From a virus, in the IMG/VR virus record IMGVR_UViG_3300005279_000195: a stretch of DNA of 64,000 nt. The stretch is one strand, 5' to 3'. Positions 45,408 through 54,959 of this stretch are shown in pieces (the first letter of the stretch is position 1; every line of letters starts with the position of its first letter). The position numbers were made by a program, and so were the translations under genes. A model generated the notes under the pieces. The model made no database searches and was not told where the DNA came from. It worked only from the letters and a program-made list of their open reading frames with translations.

Positions 45408-45902
45408 ATGGAGAAAATCACTAACAAGAACGGTGTAACCTACACCCTGTTGCAAGACGTCAAGCCCGATAAACAGAACTGCTTTTGGTTCGGTGGGCCT
45501 GTCGCGGAGATAGACCTCGGCGACGGCGACTCTATCCTTCTGTGTGCTTATGGCGATGTCCGGGGGTGGCTCACGGATTTGGATACGGGCGACGTTGTAG
45601 ACTACTTCAAGGATAAAGGTAACAACGGCTACCGCCATGACATCGAAGACTATATCAAGAATGACACGCAGTTGGAAAACGCCTTGGTGTTCGACGAGGA
45701 TAAATCGGACTACGGCTTGGAACTCGATAACAACAACTGGTTGGAGTGGGTCGGAGTGAGCAAGAACTCACCGACAACCTCGGCCGAGAGTATTCTCGAA
45801 GAGAACTCCGACAACATATTAGACGAGTTGGAAAATCTGACGCTGCAGGACCTCGAAGCCATGCGCGGGTATCTATTCCCGGACAATGAAAAACGGCTAT
45901 GA
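45408..45902 (+). CDS. hypothetical acidic protein, paralogue of 43430..43903
   Basis: AAAGGAG RBS; shared N-terminal motif. Confidence 0.8.
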   Translation: MEKITNKNGVTYTLLQDVKPDKQNCFWFGGPVAEIDLGDGDSILLCAYGDVRGWLTDLDTGDVVDYFKDKGNNGYRHDIEDYIKNDTQLENALVFDEDKSDYGLELDNNNWLEWVGVSKNSPTTSAESILEENSDNILDELENLTLQDLEAMRGYLFPDNEKRL

Positions 45903-46216
45903 ACGAGAGTAAGTCAAAGGAGATTTTAATTATGGAACACCCTTTATCCCCCGAAGCAGTTGAGCGCATCAGGCAACTCCGTTCCGAGTTCGCGCCCTAT
46001 GCCGAACGCGGTTGGATGTACGAAGGCACCGACGGCGGTTGGATTGTGTTCAACAACAACACAGGCGAGCGGTTCTTCGCGACCGAAAGCGGTGAGGCGC
46101 AAGAACTGTGTCTTGCCGGCACGAGCAAGTACGTTGCGAACTATATGGCGGAGATTATCACCGGAATAGATGAGGTTATCCGAGAAGACGAGAGATACGG
46201 AGGATTGAACTTATGA
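45899..46216 (+). CDS. hypothetical protein (105 aa)
   Basis: Coupled ORF (alternative start at 45932). Confidence 0.7.
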   Translation: MNESKSKEILIMEHPLSPEAVERIRQLRSEFAPYAERGWMYEGTDGGWIVFNNNTGERFFATESGEAQELCLAGTSKYVANYMAEIITGIDEVIREDERYGGLNL

Positions 46217-46404
46217 TTGATGTCGAAAGAGTGTGCGAGATACTGCACGAATACACAGATATGGACATTGAAAGATACGACTACGAGATGGTTCGCAGAC
46301 GTATGGACGAGATTGGAGTCACCGACGAGGAACTCGAAGCGATGGGTTTGGAACATCTTATCCGAGAGCCGGGCGACCCGTATATCTCGGTAATTGACCG
46401 ATGA
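46213..46404 (+). CDS. small acidic protein (63 aa)
   Basis: GGAGG RBS, ATGA overlap. Confidence 0.7.
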   Translation: MIDVERVCEILHEYTDMDIERYDYEMVRRRMDEIGVTDEELEAMGLEHLIREPGDPYISVIDR

Positions 46405-46473
46405 CTTTTTCTCTAATTTTCGCTCAAGACGAAAACAGAAAAAGAAGTGATGGACTGTAAGGAGGCCTAACTC

Positions 46474-46848
46474 ATGGGAAAGAAGATACAACTCAGACCC
46501 GGATACAAGTTTCGGAAAGTCAACACCCGCCTGTATGACGGCAACGACAAACTGAAGTGGATATGGGCCGAGGCCACCGACGAGTTTATTCTCCGGGCGG
46601 CAAGCGGGACAAACTACCTTATCCACATTATCCACGCCGGGAACTGTAATAACGCAGAGGCGTCTGTCATATCCGAAGACGATGCGGCGAAGTACGAGAC
46701 CTGCCCGCCGGAAGAACTGCGGGATTTGTATAAGGCTTCGGTTACCGTTGTATCCCTTGACCCGGACGAGTACGAGGAGAGCAGACCCACCTTGCTCGAT
46801 GTTATCCGCGCTATCTATAAGCGCGAAGACGAGGCCGCCGTGAGATGA
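46474..46848 (+). CDS. hypothetical protein (124 aa)
   Basis: AAGGAGG RBS. Confidence 0.75.
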   Translation: MGKKIQLRPGYKFRKVNTRLYDGNDKLKWIWAEATDEFILRAASGTNYLIHIIHAGNCNNAEASVISEDDAAKYETCPPEELRDLYKASVTVVSLDPDEYEESRPTLLDVIRAIYKREDEAAVR

Positions 46849-48314
46849 CACACGGCAAAGTCTCACCGCGCATCCTGCTCTCCGCCGTCGCGCTGTATGT
46901 TCTGCTCGCGGTGGTTATCCGTCGGTATTGTCTCGACAACGATACGTGGTTCTTGCTCTCGACCGGGCGATACTTGGTCGAGGGCGGCTTTGACTTCCCC
47001 GCGACTAACCCGTGGCTGTCCTACTCAGCGCACTTTTGTGGGCACTTGCCGATAGTCGTGCAGCAGTGGGGCTGGACCGTGATGATGTACGCGGCTTACA
47101 GTGCCGCGGGCCGCATCGGACTGTGGGCTTTGACCTGCGTGACCGCCGCGGTGTGCGGTGCGCTTATGACCCGACTGATACTCGCGCGGCACGGGAACGC
47201 CGCGATAGCGTACCTCTTCCCGCCCGTTGCGATATATCTTTCAAGATACCTGTTGACCGACCGCCCCGAGGGCGTCACGGTGATACTGCTGCTCCTCCAA
47301 TGCCTGCTGATAGAGCGCGGGGCAAGGCGCCCCGTGCGCTATGCGTTGGGACATATCGCGATAGTAATAGCCGAGGCCAACCTGCACGCGGCGACACTGC
47401 CCGTGCATATTCTGGTTTGGGCGGCATACCTTGTAAAAGAGCCCAAGACCCAAAAGGACTTTGACACGGCCCTCCGAACGGTTGCGCCCGCGATGGTCCT
47501 CTCAACGCTCGCCGGGCTCATCAATCCGTACACGTACCGCGGCGCTCTATACGGTGTAATGTCGCTTGTGTATATGCACGGCAGCGGAGTCGGCACGGCG
47601 GAGATGAACCCGCCCGCGTTGCAGAGTATACCTGTCGCGGTGCTGGTTGTCGCGTGGCTCATACTCGGCGTGAGACTGTACCGGGACCGCGCGTTGCAGA
47701 ACACGACGCTCAACATGGCACTCGGTATGACCGCGATGGTCGTAGTAAGCACGAAATACACATTGCTCTTGCCCCTGTTCTTGGCCTATGTCGTCTCCGA
47801 GATAAAACTCCCCGAGATAAGCGCCGAGAGGATTTCCCGGTGGGGCAAGACCGCAGCGGTTTTGCCGAGCGTAATTATTCTCGGCGCCGCTGCCGCGGTG
47901 TTCCCTACAACCGACCTCACCGCGCCGTTTGAAACGGAGTGGAAAGAGGCTGCCGAGTGCATGGACCCGAACTCGAAGGTGTTCGCCAACTATATCGGGA
48001 ATGGCTACCTGGAGTGGGAAGGGTTTGATAAATTATATCTGGACGAGCGCGCGGAACTGTTCACCGAGCTGACAGGTTCGGACAGACTTGCGCGGATGTT
48101 AAGCCTTGACAGTATCGACGAGACGGAAGAGTTCCTGAACGACGGAGACTTCGATTACGTTATGCTCACCGAGTCGGAGGGCAACGAGAACATCACTATG
48201 GCGATGTATCTGAAAGAGAAATACCCCGAGTCGGTTATATACGAGAGCGAGTACGGCGGGTATGCCGTGCAGGTGTTCGACGTACGAGATATTACGTTCG
48301 GGGAAGGAAATTAA
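46845..48314 (+). CDS. polytopic membrane protein, GT-C (glycosyltransferase)-like
   Basis: About 10 TM segments; DNDTWFLLSTGR.+ loop after TM1, QQWG, DRPE, W.N+H-like EANLH, NPY, and GYLEW...YLDERAE in the C-terminal domain. Confidence 0.6.
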   Translation: MTHGKVSPRILLSAVALYVLLAVVIRRYCLDNDTWFLLSTGRYLVEGGFDFPATNPWLSYSAHFCGHLPIVVQQWGWTVMMYAAYSAAGRIGLWALTCVTAAVCGALMTRLILARHGNAAIAYLFPPVAIYLSRYLLTDRPEGVTVILLLLQCLLIERGARRPVRYALGHIAIVIAEANLHAATLPVHILVWAAYLVKEPKTQKDFDTALRTVAPAMVLSTLAGLINPYTYRGALYGVMSLVYMHGSGVGTAEMNPPALQSIPVAVLVVAWLILGVRLYRDRALQNTTLNMALGMTAMVVVSTKYTLLLPLFLAYVVSEIKLPEISAERISRWGKTAAVLPSVIILGAAAAVFPTTDLTAPFETEWKEAAECMDPNSKVFANYIGNGYLEWEGFDKLYLDERAELFTELTGSDRLARMLSLDSIDETEEFLNDGDFDYVMLTESEGNENITMAMYLKEKYPESVIYESEYGGYAVQVFDVRDITFGEGN

Positions 48315-48337
48315 GAAAAAGAAAGGAGTTTACGACC

Positions 48338-49237
48338 ATGGCCGAAATCACAAGTACAATGCGGTTCGAGCACATCCTCGGCGACACCGAGCGCCGCCTG
48401 CAACCCGCCGCGACTGACGCGCAGATTGAGGCGTTTGAGGATAAGTACCATCTCCGCCTCCCTGTCGCGTATAAAGAATGGCTGAAGTTTTCAGACGGCG
48501 GCGAGGTGAACGGCGCAACGTTTTTCGGCGTGAACGCGCTACCGACATTGTCCGACGATGCGGACTGGTCGCCGATAGAAGGCTGGATAGTTATTGGCTT
48601 CACAGCGAACGGCGATAGTATTATGTTCCGGGAGAATAGCCGGATGGTTGTTATCTTCGACCACGAGACCGGGACCATCCATACCGGTGAGATGTACGAC
48701 AACTTCTATGTCTTCCTGAAAGACTTCTGTGCAGCCGAGGACAGACTCAACTTAAGCAGCCTGTCGGCGCGCCTGACGCCTGACACTTTGGGAACCTACG
48801 GCTTCCGCGTACATCAGGGTATTAACAGCGCGCTGTGTACGACCGTCCCTCGCACAGTGGACTTCTGCGGCGCGGAGTTCGCAGCGGAGTTCTACTTTAG
48901 TTCGGGGAAACTGCAAAACATAAAACTTATGCCGATAGTACCCGGCGTAGCAGACCCCGGATACCCTGACGCCGAGTATCAGGCTGTGAAGAGACAGTGG
49001 TGCGCAAGACTGCTGCGCGAAGCGTACGGAGAGCCGCAATACAACGCGGAAGATTGCGAGGTGTGGCGGGTGCTGGGCAGCAACGCACCGAAGGGGTTTA
49101 AGCGGCAGTGTCTCTACGGGTGGCGCTGTCAGGACTACTCCATTATCTGCTACTCGCTGTTGGACGGCAAAGCGGTAAACGAAGGCGGAAACATTGCGAT
49201 AGACTTTCGCGGGAGAGAGCGGAGTTTGGGGGCGTAA
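48338..49237 (+). CDS. SMI1/KNR4 (SUKH) immunity-like domain fused to a second domain shared with 51710..52177
   Basis: PAATDAQIEAFEDKYHLRLPVAYKEWLKFSDGG; C-terminal FCGA.F.A...C......YGEP...EGGN. Confidence 0.8.
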   Translation: MAEITSTMRFEHILGDTERRLQPAATDAQIEAFEDKYHLRLPVAYKEWLKFSDGGEVNGATFFGVNALPTLSDDADWSPIEGWIVIGFTANGDSIMFRENSRMVVIFDHETGTIHTGEMYDNFYVFLKDFCAAEDRLNLSSLSARLTPDTLGTYGFRVHQGINSALCTTVPRTVDFCGAEFAAEFYFSSGKLQNIKLMPIVPGVADPGYPDAEYQAVKRQWCARLLREAYGEPQYNAEDCEVWRVLGSNAPKGFKRQCLYGWRCQDYSIICYSLLDGKAVNEGGNIAIDFRGRERSLGA

Positions 49238-49262
49238 ATACCAAGTGTTGAAGACAAGAAAA

Positions 49263-49290
49263 GAAGCCCCGATTTGACTCGGGGCATTTT
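49263..49290. terminator. bidirectional terminator between convergent operons
   Basis: GCCCCGA-tttgac-TCGGGGC flanked by A- and T-tracts. Confidence 0.7.
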
Positions 49291-49330
49291 CGCACGCAAC
49301 TGCACTTTCCCTGCATTTACTTGCGGCAAT

Positions 49331-50509
49331 CTACCTGTTCCCCTTCGCCGCGTTGTGGGTCTTGCAGAGCATCTGGCAATTCTCGGCGGTTGACTCGCCG
49401 CCTCTGCTCCACGCAGTAATATGGTCGGCCTCCATCTCGCGGAAGTCGTACAACTTAGTCCGCGTCGCCTCGTTGGGAGACAGAGCACATAAGGGGCAGT
49501 TGGACTTGCCGAGTATGATAGCCTCGTCGGTCTGCTGGTTGTATACCGCCCTCTTAACAGGCGTGTCGAACACGCGCACGTCGAGTATCTTCGTGTCGGT
49601 GCAACCACCGAGGACGAACTCGTAGATGTTCTTAGGGCGCTTGATGCGGTCGTCTTCTTTCAGCTCGCGTACTTTGGCTCCGACCTCTGCCGGGTTATAC
49701 GCTGTTGTGTGGAAGCGCTCGTAGAACTGTCCCCACGGCAGCCCTTTCATATCGGGGTACGCGTCGGGGAAGGTTGCTTCTATCCAAGATATTACCGAGT
49801 TGAAGTACGACGTAATTTCCGACACATCGGATGACGCCCGGTGCAGGCTCATATAGTTCTCTATGTTGCCGTGAGACACCCAGTCGAGAGCAGCTTCGAG
49901 ATACCCTTGGCGCGCAGCCTCGGCGCGGATGTAAGTCGACCACTTCTGCATCTCGGAGTTGTGCGAGTTGGAGAAGACTTCTTTGGCCGCCGTGACGAAC
50001 GGGCCTGAGTAGATAGCGTTGAGGAGTTCTTGGCGGTTCAGAGGTTCTCCGGCAATGTTGATGGTCTGGAACCACTCTTTGATTTCCGACTCCGTGCCCT
50101 CACAGATGTAGATGGTAAGCGGGGTATTGTTGACGAGGTCTTTCAGGTCTTGCGGGAAAGACGAGTTGAAGTATTGCTCTTTGCCGTCGAGATAATACTT
50201 AAGTTTCCCTGTAACGAACCGCCCGATAGACGTGATACGCTGCTGCCCGTCGAGCACCTCGTAGATTTCTTTGCCGTCCTTGTCCTGGGTCTTGACGAAG
50301 TAAAGAAGTCCTATGGGATAGCCGTGCAGGATAGAGTCGATAACGGCAACATCGCGCTTCCCGTCGGCATAGATATAGTTGCGCTGATACTCGGGCTGGA
50401 TGACGAGCTTCCCGCCCCAACCGAAGAGCCCTTTGCCCTCGTACTCGTTATAGACGAAACCCTCAAGGAGTTCCGCGATGGTGACGTCGGTAAGTAGTGT
50501 AGTTTTCAT
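49331..50509 (-). CDS. DUF262 (ParB-like/GmrS-like) + HNH endonuclease
   Basis: [27 protein letters not shown]+LNA; C-terminal CPLC...EADHI.AWS.GG.S..ENCQMLC..HN..K. Confidence 0.9.
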   Translation of the reverse strand: MKTTLLTDVTIAELLEGFVYNEYEGKGLFGWGGKLVIQPEYQRNYIYADGKRDVAVIDSILHGYPIGLLYFVKTQDKDGKEIYEVLDGQQRITSIGRFVTGKLKYYLDGKEQYFNSSFPQDLKDLVNNTPLTIYICEGTESEIKEWFQTINIAGEPLNRQELLNAIYSGPFVTAAKEVFSNSHNSEMQKWSTYIRAEAARQGYLEAALDWVSHGNIENYMSLHRASSDVSEITSYFNSVISWIEATFPDAYPDMKGLPWGQFYERFHTTAYNPAEVGAKVRELKEDDRIKRPKNIYEFVLGGCTDTKILDVRVFDTPVKRAVYNQQTDEAIILGKSNCPLCALSPNEATRTKLYDFREMEADHITAWSRGGESTAENCQMLCKTHNAAKGNR

Positions 50510-50513
50510 AATG

Positions 50514-51653
50514 TTAGTCCTCGCTTTCTGTGGTGTTGAAAATGTCGGGGTGGGATGCTTTCCAAGAGTCGGTGTAGCGGATAAGCACTCGTGCATAAGG
50601 GTCTTTTAATCCGGCGTTTTTCAGATGTAATTGGTCTGGCTTAGGCAAACCCTTCGTAACAATAGAAAAGAAATGTGGGTTTAAGTCCGCTATTTCAAAC
50701 TGCTCCGGACAATACTTATCAAGCCACGAAATCGGCACACCCATCACGCCCGGATAGTCTTTCGGGATGGCGTCCGAGAACGGCACCTCGATAGCGTCGT
50801 AGTTGTCGTACCGGAGATATCCTATGCCCTTGACCTGTTTGTGCTTGGAATACTTGATGTTATCTTTCTCGGTCATAAGCAACATCGGCTGGTGTCGTCT
50901 GCCGTGTTCTATGTTGGTGAACCAACGGACTCCCTTAACTCGGATAAATTTTCGACCTTTTTCATCAAACCCGCACCCGGCTGCGCTTAGTTCGTATGTA
51001 TCAGGCACATTAAACGCTCTGTCCCCGGAATGAATGCTGCAACCCAACCAAATCCCGTTATCTTTTATCAACGGAAACACTTCCTTGTACGTTATCGCGT
51101 TCATGTTCCCTATTATCGCGAACTTCTTTCCGCCCTCAGTTATCCACGCAAGAAACTCGCGGAACAAACTGAACGGCGGGTTGGTTATTATGAAGTCCGC
51201 CTCGTCGCGGAGCGCCTTGACCTCCTCGCTGCGGAAGTCGCCGTCGCCGTCCAGATACTCCCATCGGAGGTCGTCGATGTCGATGTTCCCCGAGCCGTCC
51301 TCGTCGTGTTCCAGCACGAAGATTTTGCCGTGGGTGTTGGTCTTGGCCTCGTCATAGTTCGGCGAGTTCAACTCGAACATCGATATCTGAGTGCCTGCCT
51401 TGTACGGCTTACTGTCCCGTGCGTAAGATGTCGAGATGAGTTTCTTGAGCCCCAATGACTCGAACTTGGCTGCGAAGTAGCGTGTGAAGTTGGAGAAGTC
51501 CGGGTCGTCGCACGGACAGAGCACCGTCTTGCCGCGGAACAGGTCCGGGTCATATTCGAGATACGCGTTCATCTCCGACTCGATATCCTCGTACTGAGTG
51601 TAGAACTCGTCGTTCTTGGCGGCCTTTGCTTTGGTTAAGTTATTGTTTGACAT
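50514..51653 (-). CDS. adenine-specific DNA methyltransferase, EcoRI-methylase family
   Basis: [50 protein letters not shown]. Confidence 0.93.
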   Translation of the reverse strand: MSNNNLTKAKAAKNDEFYTQYEDIESEMNAYLEYDPDLFRGKTVLCPCDDPDFSNFTRYFAAKFESLGLKKLISTSYARDSKPYKAGTQISMFELNSPNYDEAKTNTHGKIFVLEHDEDGSGNIDIDDLRWEYLDGDGDFRSEEVKALRDEADFIITNPPFSLFREFLAWITEGGKKFAIIGNMNAITYKEVFPLIKDNGIWLGCSIHSGDRAFNVPDTYELSAAGCGFDEKGRKFIRVKGVRWFTNIEHGRRHQPMLLMTEKDNIKYSKHKQVKGIGYLRYDNYDAIEVPFSDAIPKDYPGVMGVPISWLDKYCPEQFEIADLNPHFFSIVTKGLPKPDQLHLKNAGLKDPYARVLIRYTDSWKASHPDIFNTTESED

Positions 51654-51709
51654 AAGTTTGTCCTTTCTGTTGTTTTTTTTTGTTTTCGAAAAATCCGTTT
51701 AGTCGAAAT

Positions 51710-52177
51710 TCACGAAAAGAACTCCCGTTCGACTTCGCAAGTCGGCCTGATGCGCTTTATCACCAAGTTCCCGCCCTCGTACTTGTTCGGGCCGGACATT
51801 ATCGCCGGGCAGGATATGGCGCAGCCATCGCCACACCAGAGGTAGGCGTCGCCGTCGCGTACGGGCTCGCCGTATACACGCGAGACCATCTGTTTGCAGA
51901 ACTCTTGCTTCTTTGCCTGCCATGCGTCGGTCGGACACCACGGTTCCTCCTCTTCGAGGTCGGGTTCCAGGAAGATGTATTCGAGAAAGTCTTTGTCGTA
52001 CGTTATCTGCGCTTTGAACCGCGCCCCGCAGAACGACGCCTTGTACGGCTTGGAAAACACCACCGAGATATCGTCGCTCGGCAGGCACGCGTAGCGATAT
52101 GTTGTTGCAAGTTCGGGCAAGGTCGGGACTTCGCGCCCGAGTAAGGTTTCGATGTGAAGCGTCGGACGGCAGTCCAC
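51710..52177 (-). CDS. stand-alone paralogue of the C-terminal domain of the SUKH protein (155 aa)
   Basis: AGGAAAGGA RBS and GTG start; FCGARFKAQ..., QAKKQEFC.....YGEP, EGGNLVI. Confidence 0.75.
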   Translation of the reverse strand: MDCRPTLHIETLLGREVPTLPELATTYRYACLPSDDISVVFSKPYKASFCGARFKAQITYDKDFLEYIFLEPDLEEEEPWCPTDAWQAKKQEFCKQMVSRVYGEPVRDGDAYLWCGDGCAISCPAIMSGPNKYEGGNLVIKRIRPTCEVEREFFS

Positions 52178-52329
52178 GTTGATACGTTCCTTTCCTGTTG
52201 ATATTTCTGATAAGGATATTATAACAAGTTTTCTCTTATCATTCAATGCAACAAGTTTCGCCGCAACGAAAAAAAGCGGCGACACCCTCACCGAGAGGAT
52301 GCCGCCGCGATATGCAGTGTGATATTGAA

Positions 52330-54876
52330 TTATGAAACTCTTCTGAGAGAGTCTTCGATGAACCGATATACACCTATGAATGTGGTCCGGTCCGCGAGTA
52401 TTGTAGGGTTGGACGCCGCCAAACTCATTTGACTGCTGATTTGGTTCTCGACATACGCCGCGAACGCATTATAGTCGGACGGGAACGTGCCGTTAGACAG
52501 CGCCGTGTCCATTGCGGATACGTAAGACTCGACTTCTTCGGTCGCCGGATAAGCCGGAGCGAATAAAAACATAGTATTGCGGTTTCGACCGGTCTCACTG
52601 CTGGCACCTCCGACGATGCTGCGCGGGTTTTTCATCATAACTTTCGATTTCGTCCAGTCGGTCGAACCCGTGTTGCCCTCGATGGCAACGAACGATGAGT
52701 TGCTGGAGTCCCAACTGTATATGATGCCTACGTGCTGCATAACCTCTTTTGGGTTGTTGTCGTATTTACCGTAGAGAACTATCCAGCCCGGCTGCGGAGT
52801 GATACCGGAGTCGATAAACTCTTGCGCCGCGGAAGCGGACCCGACATAGTAAATGGTTCCGTACTCGCTGGTGATGGTGTGTTCGCTCGGGATGTGTCCC
52901 CAGTCCTCACCGTAAGTATATGCACCGTTGGTAAGAGTGTGAGTGGCTGCTCGGCAACTGCTGAAGACATTGCCGATATCCGTATATCCCGCTTCTCTTA
53001 AGCAGTGCTTAACAAACCAGTTGCACCAAGCGCCTTTTCCTGCGCCGCAGCACGTACAACACTCATCTCCGCTGCCTACAAGTGCGTTCGCAGTCTCCGC
53101 CACAGCAGTCCCCGCGCCCGACGGCTCCATAGTAACCGCGGTGTTGAACCACTCGTCGTACTCGGAAGACATAAGTGAGTTATACGTTGAACTTCCGTTT
53201 GTACCCGTCAGAAGTTCCGACTTCGCGTGAGTGGCCGTTGCGTCTTTGACCGGGAAGAATACGACGTTGGTTATCGTCGAGCTGTACGGAGTGGGAAGCG
53301 TTACGTTGAAACCGCCCTCCTCGTTCGGCTTGTAAAGTTTATGCAACGACGTAAAGACTTTGTAGAATGCCGACCCGTCATCGACGGTGATGTCGAACGT
53401 TGTGTTCTCCAACGACGCGATAGACGAGAGGTCTTCCGCGATGGATATGTCGTTGGCGTCCGTATAAGCGATATACATAGCGAATATCTCTTTCCAGTCC
53501 GCCTCGGTGAGTTCTGTTACCGATGTGTAATACGGCATTGTGTTGTCTTTGTGGTCGTAATTGACCCACAGATTAGTCGCCGTATCGTTCCACGCGTTGT
53601 TGTAGACGTACTTGGCGTTGGCGAGCATATAGGTAGGAACGCCATTCAGTGTGTCCCACTCCTCTTCTTCTTCGCCCCAACCGACAGCGAATATCGGCAC
53701 AAGTACGCAGAGCAAGACAACCACGAGGATTACGATAACAATAACGATAACCACGACCCAAACACCCACAGCAGCGACTGCGGCGGCGACTGCGGCAGCG
53801 ATAGCCTTGCCCGCAGCGGCGGCGGCTTTAGCCGCGGCGGCACCTGCGGACTTCATACCTTCGGCAGCCACGTGACCCGCGCCTTTGAGCTTCTGCACAG
53901 TGGCGTTGCGCCAGGCCGTGCGCTGTGCGTTCTTCACCGCGGCAACCGCTTTGGACGAACCTGTTTGTTTGGCCTTCCAGAGTTTGTTAACCTCACCGCG
54001 TTGGACTCGGGTCTTTTTGACAACCTTGCCGTCTTTGGCAACTCGTGTTTCGCGCGTTACTTTAATATCACGGTGAAGTTCATCCCCGACTTTCTGCTTG
54101 ATGCTCTGAACCTTATCTCCGAGGCGGTCGAGTTTGGTCTCTTTACCCGCTTGTTTACGGGCAAGCTTCTCCGCTTGCTTTTTCTCTATTCGTTTCTCTT
54201 TGAATTTGATACGCTCGGGCTCGGTTAAATCCCAAACCTCTTTAGCCTGAGCGGCTATCTGACCGCCTATCTCGCCCGTTTCAGAAACCGACGAGTCTTC
54301 GGTAGCCGAGCGCTCCAATGTGTTGACATCCGAGCCCGCGTTGGCCAACTTAGCCGCAGTGCGGCCTGTAGCCATCACCGCCATACCACTCATTTTGCCC
54401 GTGGCTTTGAGGACGCGGCGGGCGGGTTTCAAATTCTTCAGTGACTTGTTCACAACTTTAATTATCTGCTCTTCGTCTTTGAGCATAAGGCCATTGTTGT
54501 GCTTCAGAATATATATCGCAGTCGAACGGTCAAGACTGATGCCGTTCTTTTTGGCAAGTTTAATCAATTTCGACGCGTCGTCACCCATCTTGACACGGCC
54601 CAATTTCACCTCTTTGAGCGCGTCGACCTTGATTATCTCACAGCACTCGTTTTGTACTAATTTCGGCGAGTCGTATATCGAGTTTACAAAAGCATCGACG
54701 CGGGTTTTGGCATTGTGCTCCAACATCCCGGACATTGCTTCACTGTTTATGCCGCGCTTTTTCAGCAGCGCGTGCATTTGCTCTTGTGTCATCTCGATGT
54801 TGTGGTCTTTGCAGAACCTTGCCAGCTCGGCGCGCGCGCGGTTAATCTGCTGTATCTGTGGTGTCGGCGCAGCCAT
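52330..54876 (-). CDS. conjugation-associated cell-wall hydrolase: basic N-terminus, TM helix, C-terminal CHAP domain
   Basis: AWCNWFV..C, PQPGWIV.Y, HVGII, AIEGNT; long hydrophobic segment at about aa 365-400; directly downstream of virB4. Confidence 0.8.
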   Translation of the reverse strand: MAAPTPQIQQINRARAELARFCKDHNIEMTQEQMHALLKKRGINSEAMSGMLEHNAKTRVDAFVNSIYDSPKLVQNECCEIIKVDALKEVKLGRVKMGDDASKLIKLAKKNGISLDRSTAIYILKHNNGLMLKDEEQIIKVVNKSLKNLKPARRVLKATGKMSGMAVMATGRTAAKLANAGSDVNTLERSATEDSSVSETGEIGGQIAAQAKEVWDLTEPERIKFKEKRIEKKQAEKLARKQAGKETKLDRLGDKVQSIKQKVGDELHRDIKVTRETRVAKDGKVVKKTRVQRGEVNKLWKAKQTGSSKAVAAVKNAQRTAWRNATVQKLKGAGHVAAEGMKSAGAAAAKAAAAAGKAIAAAVAAAVAAVGVWVVVIVIVIVILVVVLLCVLVPIFAVGWGEEEEEWDTLNGVPTYMLANAKYVYNNAWNDTATNLWVNYDHKDNTMPYYTSVTELTEADWKEIFAMYIAYTDANDISIAEDLSSIASLENTTFDITVDDGSAFYKVFTSLHKLYKPNEEGGFNVTLPTPYSSTITNVVFFPVKDATATHAKSELLTGTNGSSTYNSLMSSEYDEWFNTAVTMEPSGAGTAVAETANALVGSGDECCTCCGAGKGAWCNWFVKHCLREAGYTDIGNVFSSCRAATHTLTNGAYTYGEDWGHIPSEHTITSEYGTIYYVGSASAAQEFIDSGITPQPGWIVLYGKYDNNPKEVMQHVGIIYSWDSSNSSFVAIEGNTGSTDWTKSKVMMKNPRSIVGGASSETGRNRNTMFLFAPAYPATEEVESYVSAMDTALSNGTFPSDYNAFAAYVENQISSQMSLAASNPTILADRTTFIGVYRFIEDSLRRVS

Positions 54877-54959
54877 AATCTATCACCTCCGGGCAAAGAG
54901 TTGAAATTGAGAAAAGTGCGGGGAGAGACGTGAAACCGCCCCTCCCCGCGCGTATGTGT

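Noticed and set aside
13094-54228. Long antisense ORFs (13094..13798, 14000..14881, 26044..27174, 32159..33040, 53227..54228 and others)
   Set aside because: Shadow frames of well-supported GC-rich genes on the opposite strand.
1505-54916. CRISPR repeat or solitary repeat units suggested by GATTGAAAT (the 3' end of type I-C repeats)
   Set aside because: Only 8-10 nt match, the downstream sequence is constant rather than spacer-like, spacing is irregular, and no cas operon is present.
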